Shown here in pieces: positions 16,255-26,253 of a stretch of DNA of 37,580 nt. Below the pieces are notes generated by a model, which did not search any database, was not told the origin of the DNA, and worked only from the letters and a program-made list of their open reading frames with translations. The DNA lies in contig SKSS01000101.1 of the NCBI GenBank assembly GCA_007122875.1, positions 1 through 37,580 on the forward strand. The letters run 5' to 3'. This DNA is from Salinarchaeum sp. (GTDB lineage: Archaea; Halobacteriota; Halobacteria; Halobacteriales; QS-1-68-20). Positions within the stretch are counted from its first letter, which is position 1. Every line of letters begins with the position of its first letter. Both the position numbers and the translations under genes were made by a program.

Positions 16255-18981
16255 ATGAAACAGCCCTCCAGGCGACGCTTCCTTACCGGTAGCGCTGCCA
16301 CAGTCGCCGGGATAGCCGGCATCAGCGGCGGATCGAACGCGAAGCAGTTCGACAGCAGCGATGTCGATCTGTCCGACGACGCTGACGACGTGTTCGCGCT
16401 CGTCCCGTCGGGATCAGCGGTCGACGCCGGGTACCAGGCGATCGTCCTCATCGATGTCGACGGCGATGACGACGCGACCGCCGGTCACGAGGTACGGTCG
16501 ATTCTCGATTCGGTCGACGAGGTGAGCGTCGACGACATCTCCCAGGTCGTGTCCGCTTACCTGACGGACGCTGGGGGACAACTCGGGGTCGCCGTCGGGT
16601 CGTTCGATCGACCCGAACCCGGACGGATAACCGAAGAGCGGAGCGACTGGCGACTCGCCGAGGAGACCGGGCGAACGTATGCGACGGCGGACGATCGACT
16701 GGTTGTCGCTCAGCGTGACGAGTCCGGCGATCTCGTCGATGCGGCGGTTGCGGCCGACGCGGGAGAGGCCGATACGTTCCTCGGTTCCAACGCCGACGCC
16801 AAGACGGCGTTCGAGTTACTGGCCGACCAGTCGCGGGTTCACTTCGTCGCCAATGCCAACCAGGCAGGTGTACCTGGAGTTGCGGCGGAAGCCATCGATG
16901 CGTTCGCCGCTGGCTTCGAGACGGTCCCGACACAGATCGACGGCACGGCCGAGAACGAATACGTGCTGTTTCCGGCCGACGACGCCGATCTCGACGATGA
17001 CGCCGTCGAGCAGATCGTGACCGAACTCGAACCTGGGACCGTCGTCACGCTGGACGCCGAGCGCGAGGATGACTTCATCTACGCGACCGTCGTCACCGAA
17101 GAACCGCCGGAGCGGGACCGTGACGCGGCACCAATAGCCCGGTTCGACACCGAGATCGACCACGAAGACGGCACCGTCGTTTTCCGCCACGGCGAGGGTG
17201 AGCCGGTCGACACAGCCGATCTTGAACTGTGGCGCGACGGTGACCTCGCCGACGAGCAACCGGCAGACGACCACGACGTACTCGAAGCGGGTGACGAGCT
17301 GATCGTCGACACCGATCCGGTGGCCACCTTCACCCTCCGGTGGTTCGACGAGGACGAGAACGTGTATTACCCGTACACGTCGATCCTCGTCGGACGGGAG
17401 TCCTTCGAGATCGAGTACGACGCCGAATCGGAGCGAATACGAATCGAGTACGGTGGCGAACGGCCGGCCGATCCGGAGAAGCTGACGGTCCGATACCGCT
17501 CCGAGGACGAGATCCGCTCACGGGATGACTTCGCGAGCGAGTACGACACGATCACCGCCGGCGACTCGATCACGATTGAGGGAGTCAGCGTCGGCGACCG
17601 GATCTCGCTGGAACTCGACGTTCCGAACCGGCCACAGCGCGCTCGCCGTCAACTTGCCCACTATCGCGTCCGCCCGCCACGACTGCATCTGCATCGGCGT
17701 CCACGCGACGGCATGATCGCCTACTACCGCGGCGACCAGGAGCGTGACGCCGGTGACTTCCGACTGCTGGTCGACGGCGAGGAGGGCGACACGCAGTTCG
17801 ATGACGTCGCGGACACCCTCGAAGACGGCGACACCGTACCGCTCGGCGAGTACGATCTCGGAACGACGCTGACCGCCGAGTGGACCGCACCCGAGGAGCC
17901 GGTGAACGTCGGCGAACTGATCGTGACCCCACAGGTCAGAACCGAGATGGAGTACGACGACGCGGACGGGGTCCTAACGATCGCTCATCGCGACGGCGAC
18001 GCCGTCGATGTCGACGACTTGGTGGTGGTGATCGACGGCGAGCCAGTCGACGGCGCGGTCGATGGAGACTCCGAGCGCTACGGACCGGGCGACAGCCTGG
18101 AAGCCGACGTCGATCCCTTCGCCACGGTCGAACTCCGCTGGAAACACGCCGAATCCGATCACGAAACCTCGCTCGGACGGACGGTGACCGCCGCCGAAAC
18201 GTTCGAAGCGAGCTACGACGGTAGCACCCTAGAACTCACGTACGTGGGGAAACAGGACGTTGATCCCGACCGACTCGGCGTCCATCGTCGATCGTCCGGT
18301 GGACCCGGTCGCGACGACCCCGAGCCGCTGTTCGCTGCGGAGTACGACACGCTGACGACGGGCGACGGAATCGAGCTAGAGGATGTCGAGATCGACGAGT
18401 GGATCTCGGTCGTGCTCCGCGATGACGACGGCGGCTACCGCCACCCGTTGTTCCAGTTCACGCCGAACCCCCGGTCTGCGTTCAGATTCCGTTCCGACGA
18501 CGGCGATGTCGTCGCGGCCTACACCGACGAGGTGTCCCGTGATCCTGGTGCGTTCCGGATCCTCGCGGACGGCTCCGAGACGGACGTTCAACCCGGCGAC
18601 GAGTACGACGAGCTTACTGCGGGCGACGAGATCGTCCTCGGATCCTTCGATTCGGGTACGGAACTCGTCGTCGAGTGGACCGATCCGGACGATCCAGTCA
18701 CGCTTCGCGACCACATCGTCACCCCCGAGGCCGAGTTCGACGTCGAATTCGACGACGAGAGCGAGGAGGTGACGGTACGCCACGCGGGTGGCAACGAACT
18801 CGACGCGGAGGACGTTCACCTGTACGTCGAACCCGGCGGGGGGACACTGATCGAGTGGGACGACGACGGAACCGTCGAGGCCGGTGACAGTCGATCGCTG
18901 ACGGTTGAGGAGGAGCCACACGTCGTCCTCGTCGTGTTCCGGGAACGGGACGTGATCTACGAGGGTCGGCTCGACGGCTGA
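16255..18981 (+). CDS. Large (908 aa) acidic Tat-exported protein with seven tandem beta-rich domains
   Basis: MKQPSRRRFL twin-arginine signal; recurring H.GG/GE...D.L...DG...D.L.AGD motifs. Confidence 0.85.
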   Translation: MKQPSRRRFLTGSAATVAGIAGISGGSNAKQFDSSDVDLSDDADDVFALVPSGSAVDAGYQAIVLIDVDGDDDATAGHEVRSILDSVDEVSVDDISQVVSAYLTDAGGQLGVAVGSFDRPEPGRITEERSDWRLAEETGRTYATADDRLVVAQRDESGDLVDAAVAADAGEADTFLGSNADAKTAFELLADQSRVHFVANANQAGVPGVAAEAIDAFAAGFETVPTQIDGTAENEYVLFPADDADLDDDAVEQIVTELEPGTVVTLDAEREDDFIYATVVTEEPPERDRDAAPIARFDTEIDHEDGTVVFRHGEGEPVDTADLELWRDGDLADEQPADDHDVLEAGDELIVDTDPVATFTLRWFDEDENVYYPYTSILVGRESFEIEYDAESERIRIEYGGERPADPEKLTVRYRSEDEIRSRDDFASEYDTITAGDSITIEGVSVGDRISLELDVPNRPQRARRQLAHYRVRPPRLHLHRRPRDGMIAYYRGDQERDAGDFRLLVDGEEGDTQFDDVADTLEDGDTVPLGEYDLGTTLTAEWTAPEEPVNVGELIVTPQVRTEMEYDDADGVLTIAHRDGDAVDVDDLVVVIDGEPVDGAVDGDSERYGPGDSLEADVDPFATVELRWKHAESDHETSLGRTVTAAETFEASYDGSTLELTYVGKQDVDPDRLGVHRRSSGGPGRDDPEPLFAAEYDTLTTGDGIELEDVEIDEWISVVLRDDDGGYRHPLFQFTPNPRSAFRFRSDDGDVVAAYTDEVSRDPGAFRILADGSETDVQPGDEYDELTAGDEIVLGSFDSGTELVVEWTDPDDPVTLRDHIVTPEAEFDVEFDDESEEVTVRHAGGNELDAEDVHLYVEPGGGTLIEWDDDGTVEAGDSRSLTVEEEPHVVLVVFRERDVIYEGRLDG

Positions 18982-19047
18982 TCTGATCGGTCCAACGACT
19001 GATCGATCGGCGATACTCGAACGATTTTTCGATCTCACCGCCGTTGG

Positions 19048-19752
19048 CTACTCCTCGATCGGCTTTTCGTCGAGCCACTCGTCCACTCGTTCGAACATTG
19101 GCTCTCGTGATCCAACCAGCCGCTCCTCGATGGCCCGCGCCACGGTTCCCGAGTCGGCCGTTCCGCCCGCCCGTTCGACGCTCCCGACCGAGTCGGGGTC
19201 GAACGGCACGCCGATGGCGTCGTAGATCGGACCGAGCACCCGGGCGATCTCCTCGTGACCGTCGACGATGACGACGCCCGAGACGAGTGCGGCATCCCCA
19301 CGAACCCGCTGTGCGATGCCGACAATCTTCCCGTAGTACGACAGTGAGTGGGAGCCCGGACAGAACGAGTCGTCGGGTTCGCCGCGCTGAGCCGGCACGC
19401 CAACGTCCCAGAGCGCACGCTGAATACGGGCGGTGACGGCCTCGTACCGGTCGGTTAGCCCCTCTCGCGGATCGTCGATGGGGCGGACGTAAGCGAACGC
19501 AAGCGTCGTCTCGACGTAGGCGACGGCATGGCCGCCGACGCTCCGCTCGATCGAGAGAAAGCCCGCTGTCTGGGCGATCTGTCTCGCCTGATCGTACCCC
19601 GGTGCGCGGGCGTCCCGTCGCCCGAACGCGACCTGTCTTCCGGGTGCCCAGACCCGGATCGATGGCTCACCGTCGCCCGCGCGGTCGAGCATCCGGGAGA
19701 CGACCGCGCGATCGGCGTCGAGATCACGAAGCCGGCCGCGGAGCACGCGCAT
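19048..19752 (-). CDS. Lipoate-protein ligase A family protein (catalytic domain only)
   Basis: RQVAFGRRD, ERSVGGHAV, FCPGSHSL, GKIVGIAQR. Confidence 0.85.
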   Translation of the reverse strand: MRVLRGRLRDLDADRAVVSRMLDRAGDGEPSIRVWAPGRQVAFGRRDARAPGYDQARQIAQTAGFLSIERSVGGHAVAYVETTLAFAYVRPIDDPREGLTDRYEAVTARIQRALWDVGVPAQRGEPDDSFCPGSHSLSYYGKIVGIAQRVRGDAALVSGVVIVDGHEEIARVLGPIYDAIGVPFDPDSVGSVERAGGTADSGTVARAIEERLVGSREPMFERVDEWLDEKPIEE

Positions 19753-19833
19753 ACACCCCCCACGTTCGAACGCGGGGGCGATAATGATAAGGGCCGACGA
19801 ACGGTCGTCGAGCGTGCCTCTCTCCGACCACGA

Positions 19834-21048
19834 TCACCCGTTCCCACCCAACCGAGTCGCCTCGGGGAGCGTCCGCAGTGTGAGCATCGCGAGCGTTCCG
19901 AGTATGGGACCGACGACCAGCGGGGCGAACGCCCACCGCCAGCCGACGGCCGCCTGAACGATCGGGATCAGCTGGATCGTGACGATGGTGAGCAGGAAGC
20001 CGATGGCGGTCTGGAGGGTCAGTGCCGTCCCGACGTAGCTGTCCTCGGCGAGTTCGGAGACGGCCGCCGAGAACTGCGCGGAGTCCGCGACGATGACGAA
20101 CCCCCAGACGAGGACGAACGGCACCAACACGACGAGCGAGGAACCGAACACGACACCCGCGAGCAGGCAGGCGCTTCCGGAGACGATCATCGATGCGCTC
20201 GTGACGAGCGGCCGCCCCCAGCGGTCGGCGGCCGAGCCTGCGAGCCACGCCCCGACGCCCCCGATGGCGATCGTTCCGAAGGCGAGCAGCGCGGCGATCC
20301 GCTCGGCGTCGGCCGTCCCGCTCGCTTCGAGGCTGGCGACGAGGAACACCGGAATCCACGTCCAGACGGCGTACAGCTCCCACATGTGTCCGAAGTACCC
20401 CGCGTTCGCAAGCACGACGCCGCGATCGGAGACGATCCGACGGACTGCCCCCGGATCGAACGGGGCCGTGCGGGGCTGGTGGGGACCGTCCTCGTAGGCG
20501 AGGACGAGGACGCCGGCAACGGCGGCGAGACCGGCGGTTCCGAAGAGGACGGTCCGGGGCTGGCCGATTCCGCCGAGCGCCCGGAGGAGGTGTGGCGTGG
20601 CCGATCCCACGGTGAGCGCGCCGACGAGTACGCCGATGGCGAGCCCGCGACCGCGTCTGAACCACGCGGCCATCATCTTCATTCCGGTCGGATAGACGCC
20701 GGCAAGCGCGACACCCGTGAGGAAGCGCAGGACGATGGCGGGAGACCCGCTGTCGACGACGCCGGCGATGAGCGCGGTTGCGGCCGCACCCGCGAACGCA
20801 CAGGCGGCAAAGAGTGTTCGCGGACGGATCACGTCGGCGATCGTGAGCGTCGCCGAGAGGAGCGCGCCAACGACGAAGCCGAGTTGGACCGCGTTCGTCA
20901 GCCACGCCGTCTCCGTCGGCGTGAGTCCCCACAGCTCGGCCAGCTCCGGACCGACCGCGGAACCGCTGAACCAGAGCGTCATCGCGAGCAGCTGGGCGAC
21001 GCCGACGAGCACGAGCGCACGCCACTTCGTCGCCGCGATACGGGCCAT
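19834..21048 (-). CDS. MFS transporter
   Basis: About 12 TM segments; AMTLWFS, LTNAVQLGF, YFGHMWELYA, ADRWGR, IVADSAQFS. Confidence 0.9.
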   Translation of the reverse strand: MARIAATKWRALVLVGVAQLLAMTLWFSGSAVGPELAELWGLTPTETAWLTNAVQLGFVVGALLSATLTIADVIRPRTLFAACAFAGAAATALIAGVVDSGSPAIVLRFLTGVALAGVYPTGMKMMAAWFRRGRGLAIGVLVGALTVGSATPHLLRALGGIGQPRTVLFGTAGLAAVAGVLVLAYEDGPHQPRTAPFDPGAVRRIVSDRGVVLANAGYFGHMWELYAVWTWIPVFLVASLEASGTADAERIAALLAFGTIAIGGVGAWLAGSAADRWGRPLVTSASMIVSGSACLLAGVVFGSSLVVLVPFVLVWGFVIVADSAQFSAAVSELAEDSYVGTALTLQTAIGFLLTIVTIQLIPIVQAAVGWRWAFAPLVVGPILGTLAMLTLRTLPEATRLGGNG

Positions 21049-21109
21049 CGATTGCTCTCCGGCGTACCGTTGGTCGGAGGTTACAAAACCGTGCTGGACG
21101 GCGAGGAAC

Positions 21110-22321
21110 TCACTCGGCCAGCGGCGACAGCGCCCGGTCGAGATCCGAGAGCAGGTCGTCAGGATCTTCGAGTCCGACGGGCGCGCGGACGAGCGAGTCG
21201 CTGATTCCTGAGGCTCGCCGCTGCGCTTCGGGGACGTATCCGGCGGACATGCTCGCGGTGTGTTCGACCAGCGACTCCGCGCCACCGAGCGAGACCGCGA
21301 GTGAGAAGCATTCGAGCGCCTCGACAACGGCTCTCGTTTCCGCGATGTCTCCATCGACCTCGAAAGAGACGACGCCGCCGTAGCCGGTCATTTGCTGGCG
21401 GGCGAGGTCGTGCTGTGGGTGCGTCTCCAGTCCGGGGTAATTCACCGTCCGGACGGCGTCGTGGTCGGCGAGGAACTCCGCGACCCGCTGGGCGTTCGCC
21501 TCGTGGCGATCCATCCGTGCGGGAAGCGTCTTCAAGCCACGGAGAACGAGATAACAGTCGAACGGCGAGAGCGGGGCCCCCACACCGTGAACCTGCATGA
21601 ACGACAGCGCCGGTTCGAGGGCGCCGTCGTTCGTGACGACGACCCCACCCATCGCGTCGCTGTGACCGTTGAGGAACTTCGTCGCCGAGTGGACGACCGC
21701 ATCGACGCCGAGTTCGAGCGGTCGCTGGAAGTAGGGGCTGGCGAAGGTGTTGTCCGCGACGACGGTTGCCGGATGCGAGGAGAGGCGTTCGGCGATCGTC
21801 CCGAGGTCACAGAGCCGGAGGAGTGGGTTTGTCGGCGATTCGAGCCAGACGAGTCTCGTATCCTCCCGAACCGCGTCGAGGATGTCTTCGGGATCGGTTT
21901 CGTCCGCGTAGGTCACATCGACGCCGAGTTGATCGTCGAGAAACTCGTCGAACAGGATCTTCGTCCCGCCGTAGGCCCCGCGAACCAACACCGCGTGATC
22001 GCCCGGATTGAGGGTCGCAAGCGCCGTCGCTGCCATCGCGGTCGTCCCCGAGGCGAACGTTCGGGCGTGGGTTCCGCCGCAGAGCGAGGCAAGTCGTCGT
22101 TCGAGTACATCCCGCGTCGGATTCCCGTTCCGGTCGTAGGTGTACGATCCGGGCTGATCGACTCGTTCTCGCTCGAACGTCGCAGCCAGATGGATGGGAA
22201 CGGTAGCGTCTCCGTAACCGCGCTCGGTCGGGTCGTAGCCGGCACGGATCGCTCGCGTCCCAAAGCCCGTGCGGTGCTCGTCGCCACGGTCTTCGCCACG
22301 CCCCTCGTACTCACCGCTCAT
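21110..22321 (-). CDS. metB: PLP-dependent trans-sulfuration enzyme (cystathionine gamma-synthase/lyase family)
   Basis: YDRNGNPT, WLESPTNPLL, DNTFASPY, HSATKFLNGHSD (PLP lysine), AVSLGGAESL; exact specificity uncertain. Confidence 0.85.
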   Translation of the reverse strand: MSGEYEGRGEDRGDEHRTGFGTRAIRAGYDPTERGYGDATVPIHLAATFERERVDQPGSYTYDRNGNPTRDVLERRLASLCGGTHARTFASGTTAMAATALATLNPGDHAVLVRGAYGGTKILFDEFLDDQLGVDVTYADETDPEDILDAVREDTRLVWLESPTNPLLRLCDLGTIAERLSSHPATVVADNTFASPYFQRPLELGVDAVVHSATKFLNGHSDAMGGVVVTNDGALEPALSFMQVHGVGAPLSPFDCYLVLRGLKTLPARMDRHEANAQRVAEFLADHDAVRTVNYPGLETHPQHDLARQQMTGYGGVVSFEVDGDIAETRAVVEALECFSLAVSLGGAESLVEHTASMSAGYVPEAQRRASGISDSLVRAPVGLEDPDDLLSDLDRALSPLAE

Positions 22322-22434
22322 GGCAGGAAACCCCCGCGGATTGGCTTGAATGTATCGGAGAGACTACGTTCCCTGTCGATTGATCGATCCCTGTCCCGTC
22401 ACGGCTATGGTTGCGGGATCCCGAACGCCAGGTG

Positions 22435-23268
22435 ATGGCCGTCACACTCCCGTCGTCGCTGTTCGACCGCTATCCCCGATTCACCCTCTACAACTCGCCG
22501 TATGCGGCCCACGACGACGGGTGTGCGATCGATCTGTATCCGATTTCGGGGGCCCCTTCCCCCGTCGAAGGCGAGGTCGTCGATGTCCGAACCGTCCGCG
22601 CGCCACCGAAACCATATGCCCCAGAACACGACCATCTGATCGTCATCGACGACGGAACCCACCTCGTCCGGATCCTCCACGTCGACCCCACTGTCGAGAT
22701 CGGTGAGTACGTCGAGGAGGGCGAGCAACTCGGAAACACGGTTCGAGCAGGCTTTTTCGCGCCGTGGGTGGACGATCACCTCCACGTCGGCGTTCGTCCC
22801 CGCGGCTCCGACCCCGTTCGCGCGTCCGGGTCGATTCGGCTTCGGCTTCCCGATGACGTACACGTAACGGGGCTGTCGTGGAACGGCACGGGAACCGTCG
22901 TCGAAACTGGGGACACGTACGCTGTCCTCGACTCCCCGGCGCATCCTGCTCCCGGCGAGCGATTCGTCGGGATCGCCGCGGACGATGGCGGGGTGCTCGA
23001 CGGTGGTGTTCCACACTACGATGGTGGCGGACTGCTGGGTGGGGCAAGCGGACCCGTTCGGTTGCTCGGCACCGAGATCGGCACGGGGGACGGACGGACC
23101 GTAGACTGGCACGACGTGACCGTCGTCGCCAACGGCGAACCGATCACCGGCCTGTCGTTCTTCTTCGCACGGGACGGAGAGTTCGGGGCGAAGCTGATCT
23201 GTCCGGGTCACGCGTTCGCGATCGGGGATCGGGTGCGGGTTGGGTTTCGGTCATCGACCCACGACTGA
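22435..23268 (+). CDS. Conserved hypothetical protein with M23/LytM-like fold features
   Basis: H...AIDL, SPVEGEV, ILHVDPTVEIGEYVEEGEQLG, HLHVG; no signal peptide. Confidence 0.65.
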   Translation: MAVTLPSSLFDRYPRFTLYNSPYAAHDDGCAIDLYPISGAPSPVEGEVVDVRTVRAPPKPYAPEHDHLIVIDDGTHLVRILHVDPTVEIGEYVEEGEQLGNTVRAGFFAPWVDDHLHVGVRPRGSDPVRASGSIRLRLPDDVHVTGLSWNGTGTVVETGDTYAVLDSPAHPAPGERFVGIAADDGGVLDGGVPHYDGGGLLGGASGPVRLLGTEIGTGDGRTVDWHDVTVVANGEPITGLSFFFARDGEFGAKLICPGHAFAIGDRVRVGFRSSTHD

Positions 23269-23362
23269 AGTCGTGGGCCTCCGCCTCGAATACGTGTGAG
23301 CGGGTACGGAACGAACGGGTGGGAGACAACACATATACGTGGCGAAGAAAGCGATCTAGTAG

Positions 23363-24205
23363 ATGGCGATTGACTCCTCTCGGCGGACGGTCATCGCCGG
23401 TACGGCACTCGCAGCCGGCGTTGGTGTACTCTTGTTCGGTTCAGACAGTGACGCCCACCTTTCGAGTGCGATTTCGCTACCGCAGACACCTATCGACGGT
23501 CGAAAGAAGCTTTCACCGGGTGACGACCGGATCACGTACGATGCAGACGACTTTCGAGAGGGGCTAGTCGGCTCCGACGTTCAACGGCGCGGCTCGGCGT
23601 CGGCGGACATTGAACCTGGATATCGATACGCTGTGCAAGCGAGCACCTACGGCGGTCGGAGCGCGGAGGCGATGCTCGGGACGTGGGTTGACTTCGACAT
23701 CGAAGCCTCCGCTGGCTCGACTCGGCTCTGGATCGGAATCGAGTACGAGTATCGGGCGACCCTCCAGACCGGCCACCTCCACGAGCGTCCCCGCACCTCG
23801 GAGGAGGAGTCAGTCGAACGCTCCGACGGTGATGAGCCACGCTACGACCCGTCGGCATCGGAACGGCCGATACGACTTTCCGGGTCGAGACTCCTCTCCC
23901 CGATGACGGATACCGTTGGAATGGCTGTCGGGTGTCGACTGTACGGTCTCGATGACGGAACCGTCGTTGACACGGATACACACGCCAAAGCGGCAACACA
24001 TCGCTTGAGCGGACTTCGAGACCGTGAAATTCGTGAGCGACACAGTACGTTGGAGATGACCAGGGGAGTGGACCCGAACCGGACGTACCGAGTCGCCATC
24101 CCGTTGATCGCAGTCGCACAAACCGGTCTCGGTCCGTCAGCGGTGGATCTCCGCACTGGTGGAAACCACTTCACTATCCGCGAGATTGCGGTCGAACGCT
24201 ATTGA
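23363..24205 (+). CDS. Hypothetical protein with Tat-like N-terminus
   Basis: SSRRTVIAGTALAAGVGVLLFG; 280 aa; more A/T-ending codons than neighbours. Confidence 0.65.
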   Translation: MAIDSSRRTVIAGTALAAGVGVLLFGSDSDAHLSSAISLPQTPIDGRKKLSPGDDRITYDADDFREGLVGSDVQRRGSASADIEPGYRYAVQASTYGGRSAEAMLGTWVDFDIEASAGSTRLWIGIEYEYRATLQTGHLHERPRTSEEESVERSDGDEPRYDPSASERPIRLSGSRLLSPMTDTVGMAVGCRLYGLDDGTVVDTDTHAKAATHRLSGLRDREIRERHSTLEMTRGVDPNRTYRVAIPLIAVAQTGLGPSAVDLRTGGNHFTIREIAVERY

Positions 24206-24269
24206 CGCTGGGGCTGGACCGGTCCATCGAACCGACGCCTACAAACCCCGGTCGGTCGAACGACCAGCG

Positions 24270-24731
24270 ATGTCCGAGTTCCCCGACGAAGCCGCCGACT
24301 GGCTCCAGACGTACATCGACGAGAACCACGAGTTTCTGTCGTGGCTGGGAACAAGCATCGACGAACTCGATGAGGGCTACATGCGGATGGTCGTCCCCTA
24401 CGATCGAAAGCTGACCAACCGGCGGCCGGACGGCGGCGGCGAGGAGCCTCTCGAGATGCACGGCGGGGTGGCGGCGACGCTGATCGACACGGCGGGCGGG
24501 TTAGCGCTGCGGACGGCGCTCGACGATCCCGTCTCGGGGGGCGTCGCGACGATCAACCTGAACGTGAACTACCTCCGACGGGCGACCGCCGATCTGGTCG
24601 CCGAAGCGGAGGTCGTCCGCGCCGGGGGGAGCGTCGGCGTCAGTCACGTTTCGGTCGAGAGCGAGGGACCGAACGGTGAACGCCGGCCCGTGGCGACCGG
24701 ACAGGGTGCATACCGGCTGTTTCGGAGGTGA
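24270..24731 (+). CDS. PaaI family thioesterase (hotdog fold)
   Basis: MHGGVAATLIDTAGG, ATINLNVNYLR. Confidence 0.9.
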   Translation: MSEFPDEAADWLQTYIDENHEFLSWLGTSIDELDEGYMRMVVPYDRKLTNRRPDGGGEEPLEMHGGVAATLIDTAGGLALRTALDDPVSGGVATINLNVNYLRRATADLVAEAEVVRAGGSVGVSHVSVESEGPNGERRPVATGQGAYRLFRR

Positions 24732-24778
24732 ACGGCGGAGGATCAGCGGTCGAACGGTGAGGTCAGTGGAGCGAAGCG

Positions 24779-25297
24779 TCACGAATCGTCGGGGAGAACC
24801 TCCTCGACCCGGTCGATCGGTGCGTAATATCCGCGATCTTCGATCCAAACGGTCAACCATTCGTTCGCAGACTGGACCGAGAGATCGCCGCCATCGACGC
24901 CGCGAACGAGTAATCCAACCGACCCAGTCACGTTGATTCCTGCCGAGTTCGCTGCTCTCCGGGCCGCTCCATCGTCGGTTGCGAGCGTCCACTCCTTTTC
25001 GACTGCCAGCATGAGTGCTTCGAACTCTCCAGCATCGAGCCGGTCGGTTTCGGCTGAGAACGGTGATTCGAGATCCGAATCGAATTCCATCGTTTCGATG
25101 GCACCGGAGTCGAGTGCCCTCCGTGCCGGTTTCAAAAACTCGTGACCGGCTTCGGTTCCGTCTATCAGTTCGTTCCGGACCGCAGGAACGGTGTACAGTG
25201 TCTCACATTCGTCGACCAGCCAGTCGACGGCATCCGAACTGGCAAAGTTGCTGAGTACGGTGGCGTCGAGAACCACTGCTGTCCCGTCTCCACTCAT
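24779..25297 (-). CDS. vapC: PIN-domain toxin (VapC, DUF3368-like)
   Basis: VLDATVLSNF, V.NEL, LDAGEFEAL, LATDDGAAR, TGSVGLL. Confidence 0.85.
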   Translation of the reverse strand: MSGDGTAVVLDATVLSNFASSDAVDWLVDECETLYTVPAVRNELIDGTEAGHEFLKPARRALDSGAIETMEFDSDLESPFSAETDRLDAGEFEALMLAVEKEWTLATDDGAARRAANSAGINVTGSVGLLVRGVDGGDLSVQSANEWLTVWIEDRGYYAPIDRVEEVLPDDS

Positions 25298-25521
25298 TCG
25301 ATATCGAGCGCGGCGTCGATCTCGTCGTCAAGCGCTGCCCGCGACCGGGGACCATACCGTCGCTCGACGCCGGATTGTTCCAGAATGGATTCCATTTTCC
25401 AGCGTGAGACCCCCGCCCGCTCGGCTGCGTTGCCGAGCGAAATACGTCCGAGGACGAAGAGTCCGATGGCTTCCGCGAGCTTCTCGTCGCCATCACCGCC
25501 GGACTCCGTACGGGTTCCCAT
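25294..25521 (-). CDS. UPF0175 family antitoxin
   Basis: AIGLF..GRISLGNAAERAGVSRW HTH motif; ATGA overlap with the PIN gene; TATTAAA about 26 nt upstream. Confidence 0.85.
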   Translation of the reverse strand: MGTRTESGGDGDEKLAEAIGLFVLGRISLGNAAERAGVSRWKMESILEQSGVERRYGPRSRAALDDEIDAALDIE

Positions 25522-25590
25522 GAACGTGGGTAGTCCCCGATCATTCTTTAATACTCGGTCGGTGTGCCTCCACCAGCCGACTCGATCTCG

Positions 25591-26166
25591 TCACCCCTCG
25601 AACTCGATCTCCTCGCTCGTGACGACCTCGCCGAACAGGAAGTCGGCGTGATCGAGGGCGTACGCCCGATCGTCCTCCTCGATGTATCCGACGGCGTCTT
25701 CAACGATCACCGGGCGGTGGTCCCGAAGGCCTGCGGAGGCGGCCGTGTGGAGGACGCAGACGTTCGCGAGCGTCCCACAGATAACGAGATCCGTGATCTT
25801 TCGTGCGGACAGCCAGCCGTCGAACTCCGTTTGCTGGAACGCGTCGTAGGTGTGTTTCTCGACCACGTGATCGTCCTCACGGACATCAAGTTCGTCGACG
25901 ATCTCGGCCTCCCACGATCCCTCGAGTACGTGCTCGCCCCAGCGGTCGAACTCGTCGTAATAGTGGGCGTCCTCGAACTGCTCGGGCGGGTGTACGTCCC
26001 GCGTGTAGATCACCTGTACGCTCGCATCACGGGCCCGATCGACGAGCGCCGATACCGGATCGATCGCTGCCTCGCTTCCGGGAGCGTACAGGCTCCCGTC
26101 CGGATGACAGAAGCCGTTTTGCATGTCGACGACGACGACCGCGGTGCTGGCTGGGTCGACGTTCAT
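25591..26166 (-). CDS. pncA: Isochorismatase-family cysteine hydrolase, probable nicotinamidase
   Basis: VVVDMQNGF, TRDVH, WGEH, EKHTYDAF, GTLANVCV (D-K-C triad); close to pncB. Confidence 0.85.
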   Translation of the reverse strand: MNVDPASTAVVVVDMQNGFCHPDGSLYAPGSEAAIDPVSALVDRARDASVQVIYTRDVHPPEQFEDAHYYDEFDRWGEHVLEGSWEAEIVDELDVREDDHVVEKHTYDAFQQTEFDGWLSARKITDLVICGTLANVCVLHTAASAGLRDHRPVIVEDAVGYIEEDDRAYALDHADFLFGEVVTSEEIEFEG

Positions 26167-26253
26167 ACGTGATCGATCGCTCCGTTCGAGGAAAATTCTT
26201 CTCGTCTTCGCGGCAACCGTGGCTTTTTTGCTGTTCACTCCGATGAGGGTGGC

